Assembly (NCBI GenBank): GCA_002811645.1
Contig: PDIP01000052.1
Coordinates: 107,698-171,697, forward strand
Direction of reading: 5' to 3'
DNA length: 64,000 nucleotides
From: Corallochytrium limacisporum Hawaii
Lineage: Eukaryota > Protista > Pluriformea
The notes beneath the pieces were generated by a model. It did not search any database. It was not told the DNA's origin and saw only the letters and a program-made list of their open reading frames with translations. The translations under genes and the position numbers were made by a program. Positions 49,881 to 61,100 of this stretch are shown here, piece by piece (within the stretch, counting starts at the first letter, position 1; every line of letters starts with the position of its first letter).

Positions 49881-51284
49881 ATGGCCCAAGTCATAGATCG
49901 TCTTAACGCAGCATCGTTCCGTGTGTACAATGCCCTGGGAATTGAAAACTTCAAGCAGTCGTCGATCGGCCATTCCATTGGTCAATTCTCGGAACGGGTC
50001 CAGGAAAAAATTGCCGCCTACCTGTGGCCACATGGCTACCTGGTCATTGACGCGATGATGAGCTTGGTGTACATAGATGCCTTCCCCGCAGACCATGTGC
50101 TATGGGATAAGAATATGAGTCAAGTGGTGTCAGTCATTGGCGGGGAGTACAACTATGAGCGGATCGGTCGGGACGACTCACCAATTGGATATCCCGCAGG
50201 CCATATATATCTCTTCTGGCTCCTGGATTATATCGGTGGTGGTCCAGAGAACATGTTCGCGTCCCAGATCTTCTTTGCACTGGTGAGTGTCGCGACATGG
50301 TGGCTCATTGCACAAATCCACTCCGAGTTCTTCCAGGAGACAATAGACCGAAAATCGCAGGTGCAAAAGGGCCATGCCGAAGCCGCACATTTTCTCTATT
50401 TGCTCGCGCCGACGGCGCGTCTGCTGCTGGTCACAAGATGCAGTCCGGATGGTATTGCTATGCTGCTTGTGTACGCAGCGTTGTATTTATACGCGGTAAA
50501 GAGGCAGTGGATTGCGGGTACGGTTGCGTATGCGCTAAGTGCCAGTATCCGGTCGTCGGCCCTTGCGGATGCACCTGCGCTGATTATTATGCTCTGGCGA
50601 AGCTTGCCGGAGCGACACGCGCTTATGCACATTGGCATCATCGCTGCCATCCATCTCTTGCTCGGATGGCCGTTTCTGGTAGCAAATCCATGGGCCTATT
50701 TGCAACAAGGCTATTCAATGGTCGGTGGACCAGAAGCCACGCACCACCCTGTACCGGGTATTCCTCGCGAAGTGATGGCCCTCGGGGCGCATGTTGGACA
50801 CGTAGTCATGCTCTATGCTTTCGCTATCAAGAAACAATGGACCAACAAGAGGGTACCCCGCAGTAAAGAAATGGTTACCATGCTGATCAACTGCAATATG
50901 ATTGGCGCCATGTGGCAGCAGCACCTAGTGCGCTCGCGATATCTACGGTACTTCCACACCATGCCCTTTGTGTTGGTCTTGGCTAACTTTGACGGATGGT
51001 CCATGTTCGTGGTCGGTCTAGTACTCGAATGTGGCTGGTTTTCTATGCCAGGAGATGTCAGTCAATGGTTGGTGACACTGATGCAGGCTCTGATATGTTT
51101 CCGTCTCTACGTCGAGACGGGCACGGAGATCGCAGGTCACTCCGATCTCCTGCCGCACACCTTGGCCGGTGCACAGCACGCGTTCAAGAACAGTTTGTCT
51201 CTACCGACGGACATGAGTGTGGACGAACTGGAACAATACAATCTCTACCCGCATGACCGCGTGGAAGACATCGTGCATCAGTGA
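49881..51284 (+). CDS. Divergent ALG3-like (Dol-P-Man-dependent mannosyltransferase family) membrane protein
   Basis: GEYNYERIG...PIGYPAGHIYLF, LLGWPFL..NPWAYL and YFHTMP motifs; many TM helices; first ATG at 49881. Confidence 0.8.
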   Translation: MAQVIDRLNAASFRVYNALGIENFKQSSIGHSIGQFSERVQEKIAAYLWPHGYLVIDAMMSLVYIDAFPADHVLWDKNMSQVVSVIGGEYNYERIGRDDSPIGYPAGHIYLFWLLDYIGGGPENMFASQIFFALVSVATWWLIAQIHSEFFQETIDRKSQVQKGHAEAAHFLYLLAPTARLLLVTRCSPDGIAMLLVYAALYLYAVKRQWIAGTVAYALSASIRSSALADAPALIIMLWRSLPERHALMHIGIIAAIHLLLGWPFLVANPWAYLQQGYSMVGGPEATHHPVPGIPREVMALGAHVGHVVMLYAFAIKKQWTNKRVPRSKEMVTMLINCNMIGAMWQQHLVRSRYLRYFHTMPFVLVLANFDGWSMFVVGLVLECGWFSMPGDVSQWLVTLMQALICFRLYVETGTEIAGHSDLLPHTLAGAQHAFKNSLSLPTDMSVDELEQYNLYPHDRVEDIVHQ

Positions 51285-54175
51285 GAGTATCCATCACACG
51301 ATGAAAATCCTCCACCATATTCCAGCCGTTCGAGGCTGATGAAGAACCAAAATACATACGGATAGTCTTAAAATGTTATAAATATCTGTTTTTTTAATAT
51401 TAATATATATATACTTATATTTTAAATATTGTCCCTATTGAGAACATTGTACGCACTAAACCACCTGCACCAAAGTTGCTATCTGGGCGCGAAATATTTC
51501 TAAACCAACCAACCCCGTAACCCGCATTTTCCATAGTGAGTGTGTACGTTTTGAGCGAGTGGGGGGGAGAAGGGGTTCCCAATTTTAATCCCCCCCCCCT
51601 CGGGGGCCCGTTCTTCTTTCTGTCCAGACTGGCCTCTGCACCGTCAGTGTGTATAAGTTGCCCATTGCTCCAGTACCGCGTTTTCGGAGGCCGCGACTAA
51701 GCTGCCCAAAGTTGTGTAGAATACTCGGTGTTTTGTCCTGTCCGCCCTGCTCGGTGGCCACTCCGTCGTCGTCATCATCACGTAATACTTTGGGTACTCA
51801 ATTCTTAATCTACCGTCCGCACAAGGCATTTTGCGATAGAGTGGTCAACGTCTATACTCTCGTGCACTCAGGGAGTGGCAAAAATTTGGTGGTTGTACGT
51901 TCGTTCGAGCACAAGACGTGCACATGGAAAAGTAGGCCAAAAGGTGTACTAATGTTCAGTATACGATCGAGGGAAGTGGAACACCCTCGTTTACAAAGGG
52001 GGGTGGTGGTCATAGAGCTTGTCGCCCCTACGTACGTGGGCTCACCCGCACACTACGACCTCCCAAAGCCCTACAGAACACATTTCTGAAACCGTGCTCT
52101 TCCTTCCGATTGGGGCCCTTGTCTTCGGTATCTTTTGTATCGAAATGGCACCACTGGAAACGAGCACACACACCCCCCCCTCTCCCCGGGCGGGGCGAGG
52201 GAGCGATAGCTTCCCTTCTTTTTTTTTTCATTTTTTTCTTTCAGTATTTTCCTTCCTTTGCTGAAAGGCCGTTGCGAGCCCAATGAATGTGCATCGCTGC
52301 TGCCAATGATTCCGTTCCCGGTGCCCCAGCAAAACACTGGCGCAAGGGATACAGAATTGAATTCTGGGGGTTCTTAAGGGTTTGGGAGGATAATACGTTC
52401 TGTACCGAAGAGCGATCGCGAAATGAAAAAGACAGATCCCTAACCCCCTCCTCCTTCTTCACCCCTGCCACTGGCGGACTGCTTGTTTCGCGCGCTTGTG
52501 TGGTGTTGTGCTCAATACCCGGGATAAATTACCATACAAAAATTGTAGGAAGCCTCACACTAGACTGGAATATGCTGAGCGAGAGATTTCGGATCTGGCG
52601 TTTCGTCTCCCGCTTCTTTGTCTTCTTAGATCCAGTACTGTAGATTAGAATTTCTAGGTTTTCGGTCTTGGATGGTGAACTGCCGTACCGCCGCTGCTGG
52701 TCGGCATCGGAAGAACACCGAAGCAAAGATGGGAAGGTAAACCTCAAGAACTATACATACAAAATGTATAGAAAGCTGGGCTCGACGGCACAAGCCAATA
52801 CGCAATGGACAGCACAAAAGCCTTTTCGTTGCCTGGGGTATACTCAGTACACAAAGTATAGAAATCTTGACCCAATTTTTTGCGTGTAGTGAAAAAAAAA
52901 AAGCAAATGCAGTCAGTCAACAGCCACCTGCCAATGCACAAAAGACAGGCAGGACCTCTTGGTAAAGAACAAACGAGCAATAGCGGACTCCTGGGATTCT
53001 ATATTTTCTGTTGGTCAGTTTGTATGTGCGAATGACAAAACTCGATCACCGGTAAACAGAAACGTTGAGGAATGCTTCTAAGAACTTCTGAAACTCTTCG
53101 TCGGCCTCATGTTCCAGGCACCATATCCAAGCAATGGAACCTCAGCGGTTGAACACCATGTGTTAGTATCGCTGTGAAAGGAAGGAGAGAGCAGAGAGTG
53201 AGAAAATTGAGCGGGTGACCGGCTTCAGACGCTCTTGCCCCGGCACTTGGTCAGTTTCGTAGGTCATTGGTCCAATACATTCTCTAAACATTTGGAATCA
53301 GTGTGGAAGTATGAAAATTTTCTCTGCACTGCGTACAAGATCATCAAGCGATAGTCGGAGTTTTAGCAAGGCAAATGCAGTGCAGTCATAGGGTCCCAGG
53401 GTTTGTCCGCTCAACACTTTCTACCGAAAATGTGAAACTGACCACTCACCGCGCAAGGTTTCATTTAGATAGTGGAGGAAGGGAAGAAAATAATTGCTAC
53501 TGATAACTATTTCAGCGGCCGTTTTTATTGAAGTTATTACTCCGCAAACCCAATGGGTACGTTGCCCACTACATTGTTAGTGGCACAGACGAAAGATAGA
53601 GTCCCGGAGAAACTGATTATTTCAAGGGCTCCTCCGCCCCCCTCTCCTCCCCTCGCGATTACCACGGTGGTTCCTGTCCTCTCTCTTTTTGTACAAGACG
53701 GACCATATGGAGTACGGTAGTGCCATACTTTCACTATCATTTTCTCCGGACCATTGAAATCATCGAAGGCCCGACACACAATGGGCCCGCACATACCTGT
53801 CGGTGGAGTGGTACCTGTGCCACACAGAGAGAAAGTATATAATGCAAGTCGTAGTCCGCGGACCGGTGTCTGACAAAAGGGGTAACCGACCCGACGTGGG
53901 TAGCATCTCGTACTTTTCGGCGATTTCCCTCATTGTTTCATTGTGGACAAAAAATGTAGTGTATTCAGTATGAAATCGGGTTTCCGTTCTGGAGTTTATT
54001 TTTAGAAAATTTTGACAAATGATACGGTTGAGATATCTTAGGTTCTTCCATTGTTTTCTTCGGTCAAGGCCCATGCCTTCCACGCTTGGTGTGTGTGGTT
54101 TCCCGATGCGTAGAGCGGAAACATACTGAGATACGAGAGATCAACCCACGACTTTCTTTCCTTTCTTCCTTTTTC

Positions 54176-54178
<3 letters not shown>

Positions 54179-54220
<42 letters not shown>
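54179..54220. repeat. (TG)n microsatellite
   Basis: Directly visible. Confidence 0.95.
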
Positions 54221-54221
<1 letters not shown>

Positions 54222-57200
54222 ACCTCTGTCCGACCTCTCCCTTTGTTGCAATTCCTCTGTCATGGTCCACGCCCTGCGTTGTCGGGTGACGAGGATGGGC
54301 AAAGGTGAGAAAGGAATGGGGCAAATATTCAAGAAAACTGGAGAAGGAAAACCGGGGAGGAGAAAGAACAAAAAAGAGGGAAAAAAAAAGACAAGACAGA
54401 AAAAAAGAGAAAAAGAAAAGGTGCCACCAAAGGAACACAGACCACGGACGAAACGAGAGCAATTAAATAACGGCGTACGCTTCCCCATAAAGGGCTCTCA
54501 CACTTTTGTCAGCTCCATTGAGTACATTTACAATGTAGAAATGAAACGTGCCGGCAAAAACGAATGAGACCAAGCGACCATCGATGGATGACATCAAACG
54601 TAGGAATACGGAACAGGAGCCAAGCCAAAGGAAGAGTAGTACTAGCGAACTCCGTCCAGCACATGTCCACGACGAAGCCTCTTCGACGTTTTTCTTTTGT
54701 TGCAATCCGCAAAGAGGTGTCATAATTATGGTAGATTTACTACTGCTCATGAGTAGGGTTGAGATTTTAATTTAGAAAAAATGTACGACACAGGACAGAG
54801 TCACTGTGGAAGGGGTTCGGGTAGCCGGGGTACCGCCAACAACCAAAGAAACTCCAAAAAAAAAAAGAGGAATCTTGCACAGCAGCAGACAAATCCGGAA
54901 AAGACAATGAGAAAGACAATTAATGACGGATTGCACAACCCGGGCATAGTATGGAATGCCGATGCAGCACAACAGAGAGGACATGTCCAGGTATGCCACT
55001 GTGGGGACTGGTTGAGGCAAAGGAAAGAAAGAAAGAAACAGGAGACCGAGAAGGGAACGCGGGGGCGCCGGGGATTTCAAGCGAGGCGATGAGTGTGCCA
55101 GTGCAGAAGGAAAAAAAGTTGGGGGCGGTGGCTCCGGTGGGCACTTTTTGGTTTTGGGATTGGTTCGGTATTTCTTACAGTACTTTTACTATTTCTCAAG
55201 AGAGGGTGTTCTCCAGGAAGGTGAGCGAGAAGAGACACGCGCGCGAAGACACGAGAGACATCTTTGGAAGCGAACAGACTGACAAGAACCAGCAGCAGCA
55301 GCAGCAGCACAAGGAATTCATTAAGAGCAAGACAGGGAAGGACGAGGGAGGCGCACGGCGACAGGTTCTCAATAGCTAACCCGCCGCAATACCGGTTCGG
55401 CTCTCACTGTCTCAACTCTTTGTTCTCGGATCACAGCTTGGCGTCAAAGTGTCCACGAAATCTGCATCACTATGAAATTCCACAGTGAGTAATGGAGTAG
55501 TAGCAGTCGGGATCGGGCCGAAGGAAACGAAGAAAAGGAGAAGTACAATGGTTTTTTATTCACCCGCAACGAACTTCGACTCCGAAGGAATCAAAAGACG
55601 AAACAAACCACGAAAGTTACAAAAAGACATGAAGGAAGTCGAAAAAAAACTCATCAGTCACTAACCGAAGTCCCAGGAGCACCAAATACCCACGCGGGTT
55701 TTTCAATTTGGAGAGCCCACCCGCGTTAGATGTTTGCTATGGTGAATGCGCGATAAAGAATGTGAGAGATGGTCCTGGGGGTTGGTTGCGGGAGGGGAGC
55801 TTTGGTGAAGCAAACAGTGAAATCATCGCCTGCTCATTTGTCCGGTACGTTCCCATATCGAATGAACCCCACCTTTCCTAACCCTTCCTCCGCCCCAGTG
55901 TTTTTTTTTTCCTTTTGGTCTCTCCTCTCTTCCCTTTGTGTGTGTGTACGATTTTTGCGTTGTCCTCCCCTTTAGATGCCGGGTCGTGTCACAGGCGTTC
56001 GGGAAGAACTGAGACAACATCAACAAACAAACAAAAAGGTGCCAATGAAATAGACAAAACCCGCCAGCCCGACAGGTGAAGCTGTTTAGTTTTCCCCGAA
56101 CATATTGAATACTCCAAGCTTACGCAACACATCGTGCGGCGGTTTCACAGATGAAAAGAAAAAAAAAAGCAGCCGCAGTGCAGCAAATCAAGGCTTAGTT
56201 AGGGTAAGTCCTCGCGACGCAGCAGTACTCGTGCCGTAGGCATTTTTGTCTCGTCTTTTTCTCTTTTTCTTTCGTTTTTTTATTGTGGCATTGGCCATGC
56301 GCGCGTGTCGTCGAAGTGCGGGTCTTTGGTGTAGTGATCTCAGTTACATTTCTAACTTTTTAATCGTTTTCTGACTACCGCAGAGATCGGTCTTTGCCTT
56401 TTTTTTTCCTCTGTGTGTCTACTGATTTTCTTGGAGTTAAATTTCCGTTCGGACGGCGGGAGGGTTGGCTATTGAATTTTTGCAAAACAAGAAAAGTTAG
56501 AAGAAGAAAACTTCAGAGCATCCCACTTTCTCTTTCGTTTTTGACATTGGTTTCTCTGTGTGCGGCTCCCTGGCTAAGCACAAAAAAAAAGAAGGAGAAA
56601 GTATGGTGCACCAGGACGAAACGTGTGCGTGTGCATTGCATGGTACCCTCGCGGGCAAAGCACCACGAAGCAGGACGAAAGAACGTGGTGATGGTGGGAG
56701 ACTGACTGACTTTTTGCGAAGCCTTTAGAAATTTTGAAAGCCACCTGCTTGTGCTTACAAGTACCAACAAAAAGGACCCTTTCACGGTGGACGTTGTTAC
56801 ACGAGCCGACCAAGCCGTTGTGAAAAAACAAGCACCAAAAAAACAAGCATGGGAAGGTCCTGATAACGCGGCATTTTGCCATGACAGTCGGCTGGTCTCA
56901 GGGGTCTAACTCTGTTTGTTTGGGCACTAAAGCACCTTGGATTTGTTTGTGCCTTCGGTTTCCCTAGGCGTTGTCGGGCACCTTCGTCGATGTGTTGATT
57001 TCACGATCCCGTGTGATGAGATCTGCAACACACAGACACACACACCCTCCCCCTGTTTGGGGGTGGGTGGGTTTCATCCATATCTCCTCCCTCCCCGCTC
57101 TCGGGGTTTTAGGTACGTGTTAAGCGGTTCGAGTTGGGCCTGCCTGGGGAAAAATCCTCCCCCCCCCCTCTTCCAACCCAAAAAAGAAAGAACTAAGTAG

Positions 57201-57487
57201 ATATCGAGGAAAGAAAGGGGGTCCCGAAAAATGCAGAACGTGTAATGACCCCCCTATCGGGAAAGCATAGGATCTCTCTCTCTCTCTCCTATTATTTTTT
57301 CGTGTACAATGCGGGTCCCATCTTTCCTAGTTCCTATGAGTTAACGGTGTCTATCTCGGTAACTTGGCTTCATACTCTCACAGTGTCGGTCATACATCAG
57401 CAGACCAGGCCTGTTCCAAAATTCCACGATTGATGTTCCAAATCTTTTTCCCTTGTGTGAGTCAACTACCACGACCCCAACCCCCCC

Positions 57488-57682
57488 NNNNNNNNNNNNN
57501 NNNNNNNNNNNNNNNNNNNNNNNNNNNNNNNNNNNNNNNNNNNNNNNNNNNNNNNNNNNNNNNNNNNNNNNNNNNNNNNNNNNNNNNNNNNNNNNNNNNN
57601 NNNNNNNNNNNNNNNNNNNNNNNNNNNNNNNNNNNNNNNNNNNNNNNNNNNNNNNNNNNNNNNNNNNNNNNNNNNNNNNNNN
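57488..57682. other. Assembly gap flanked by C-runs
   Basis: N run between poly-C tracts. Confidence 0.95.
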
Positions 57683-58068
57683 ACCCCCCCCCCCACCAAC
57701 CACCACGGGGACCCCAGTGCTCTCCTAGTACATTTACTACTCTACGCAGTTTACTTTCTTCACCGGTTGGGACGTTCTGTTTTATCTGCGTGTTGGTGCT
57801 GAACAGGGACCCGCTTTTTCGTCGCTGCTGCCAACGACCAGTGTGTCCCACAGGTCTGCCATCATCAGCAGACATGTGTGAGCAAGCCCGGAGGCTTTCG
57901 GTGTCTCCAACGATGTACACTTTGACGCTCTAGATGATGTTGAAGATGTCCAGGATCATCATCCTCAGAGACAAGAAAGGATGTTGAATTCACTCACTGC
58001 CTCTGTTGGGCATGGGTGCAGCATGCTAAACCTGTTGACTGATTCCTGATGATACGCTCTCATTTCAA

Positions 58069-58069
<1 letters not shown>

Positions 58070-58159
<90 letters not shown>
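58070..58159. repeat. (TG)45 microsatellite
   Basis: 90-nt perfect TG run. Confidence 0.95.
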
Positions 58160-58160
<1 letters not shown>

Positions 58161-61100
58161 TAGGTGCGTATGATACGCGTATGTTTTTCGTGTTCTATCC
58201 GTGTGCGTGGGCATGAGTGAGTGAACAGAATGAGAGAGCGTGTGTGGGTGAGAATTTGCCTGATGAAAGAACAAATAGAATCAATCTCAGTGTGCAATAC
58301 GGGGATGATAATGACAAGAATTTTTCCCAAGCTGCAGCATACTTGTAGTTGTTGCTGTACTATACTGTGATCTTGGATGCATCCCAAAGGGTTGCACACG
58401 TACACATCACACTCTAGACCCCTTCCAGTCCCGTTATCCATGCGATACGACTGTGACACATGCTCGGATCATCGCGACTTGGACCATCATCAACAGGCGT
58501 CAATCATTCCTTCATCATTGGGGCATCAACAGATGTCAGCAAGAGGCATGTGTGGTATGCATGTCAAGGGATTGTGACCCCAACGAAAGGCGTAAAAACG
58601 CACGCACAACCATGACCACGATGAGGACCACCAAAACTGATGGTGACGAATCCGCATTGAACGCTGATCAGGATGGGCGCGAGGAAGGCCCGAAAACCTG
58701 CCATGACACCACTACCACTGCCACTACCATTGATGAACATAGCCAAGTTTTTTCTGCCCACCCTTAGGTTCTCCGTTGTTGAACAACGGAAAAGACGCAA
58801 TGATTACCTCCTCCACCTGTACAGCCACCAACTCACAGTCATCATCACTATCATCTCTTCTGGGCGCCCTCCACATCGATGTTGGAGGGTGAGATATTAA
58901 CGACATCCACCCTATCTCGGATCCACAACTGGTGAATAGGGTTGACAACGGCTAGGAAGGTAAGATCAAGAACCGCACAAACTAGACGCGTACACCACAC
59001 CACCACACCATCCACACAACCACAACAAATCTATTTATTCATAACGAGAGGGGCTGAGGGCATAGGGGAGACCTCCGCAAATCCATCCTCGGGAGAACCC
59101 GCAAACCCAGGGTGCTAGTAATGAGGGATCGCAAGCACATAGACACCGCTGCACTGCAGAAAAGAGGCACACCATCACCGCAGACAACCGAGCATGATCG
59201 GGATCCATCCACGCTGAGCATGAAATCTGCGACACCGCACAGGCGCACTCCAAGCCAATTCCTTTGACCCTCCCGCCCCATGCAAGTTCATCCGTCCACC
59301 CCAATGCGACACCCCCGCTCGCTCGCTGCTTTGACGTGCCATGGTGCGTGCCCCATGAAGGCGGTCAACAGCGAACGGGGGGCTGCACACGGTGGGCATC
59401 AGGGCTCTAGCCCAACCCCACAGTCGGCCCTATCCACCGGCAAACCAGGCGACCTGAAAAGACGGGCTCCTGGTGCGTTCTGCGGAATAACTGCTCCCCG
59501 ACCGACCGGTTCTCCTCGACCTTGTGCACCTTGTGTGTAGGAGGTACGGGGAATCAGAAATTGCTCTTGTGCCGGAGTGTTTCCTTTTTTGCCTTTCGCT
59601 ATTTTGCTTGTCAAACAGATCGGTCCGTTTGTTGTTTGCGTGCCTTTTTACATTTGATCAGCGGCTTGTCTGATCGCTCCTTCGATTTCTGAGGCACCGA
59701 TGGAGCCCGTGTTTCCTTCTGTCCAACCCCTTTGTCTTTTACCCGAGATTGTAAAACACGGTTGAGTTCGCACACAGACCGCCTCGCCTCTCCACCACCG
59801 CGACTACCTTTCTAACAAGGGTGTTCCCTAACACAGCACACAGGACCAGCGGAGCACGCACGTCATCTTCCTGCACGCACGGACGGGTGTGTATTTCCCA
59901 CCAGCACCAAGTTTTGCATAATAAGTCTTCCCTTTGCCATGGTGCCGACATTGCTTACTTGGGGGTCATCCTTATCCTTTCATGACGCACCGTCAGGCTT
60001 CGACACAGATGTGACACCAACAGGCACACCGAGAGATGCGAGAGAGATGAAGAAAGATGAGAAATTTTAGCAATGAAATGAGTACTGCCGCATGTCATGC
60101 TGTAGCAGTAAGGAGATACCAACTTCTTATACTTTCATTTTTTGCACCGACTCCTATGCCTGCCGGAAAAGATGGTATGTGTGGCTAAGTTGGGCAGAGC
60201 TTCTATGGAAACTGTCGAGTTGATGATATAAAAACCGGGAAATTGGGTGGGTGTAAAAAAAAATTACAATGCCGAAGACCCACCGCCCAGCTTAAGGAGA
60301 AATTCACCAAATTGTACGGCAAAAAAGACCTTCTTCTTCCTCTTTTTTTTGTCCCCTCCCCCTCTGCACCGCACCGAGTTCAAACTGGGCACACAGACAG
60401 GCAGGCCGGTGGACAAAAGAAGGAGGTGTAAGCGGATCAAAGCGCAAAAAAAAGAAAGTCTGGAGCACCAAGATTAGCCGCACTTATGTAGAAAGCAAAA
60501 TTTTCCTCATGGATATACCTCCCCATCTTGGAGAACATTGCCTTTGTATGGCCATTGAAGAATATGGAAATTTTACTACTGATAGCAACCCCGGAGATTT
60601 AAACAGAAATACCGGTAGGGCGTTTCGATCTTTCGGCATTTGCCCGGGTAAAGAGGCGTGAAGGAAGGTGGGAGGGGAGGTTGTTACCACAGATTGGGAG
60701 GTGCACGCAAACGGTTCGGACTGTCTATGTGGTACTAAAAAGTACATTGATTTACTACTGTAGGCACGGGGAGCATGGTTTCGTAAGGATGGCCCAACGG
60801 CCAGGGCAATGCAGAGTATAGAAAAGGCAAGCGGATGGAAGAAGGAACGCCGAGGAAAAAAACCTAAACAGCGTTGCAAACAACTAGTTCGAACGCAACG
60901 GGCGATGGGAGATTAGAAGAGAACCTAGAAAGTCGGGGACTGCCAGCACCGTTTTGGCCTCCTATACTCAGTATCAGCGTCACTGATTCTTCTTTTTGGT
61001 AAAAGCAGGGGTGGGCTCCAAGTTTCCTCTCCTCCCTCCCCCTCCCGGGAGACGGAGCATAAAACATGGAGGAGGGCAGCACGCGAAAGTGTTGCGGAGC

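Noticed and set aside
55692-55726. Inverted repeat ACGCGGGT...ACCCGCGT
   Set aside because: An 8-bp stem is expected by chance in 64 kb and has no supporting context.
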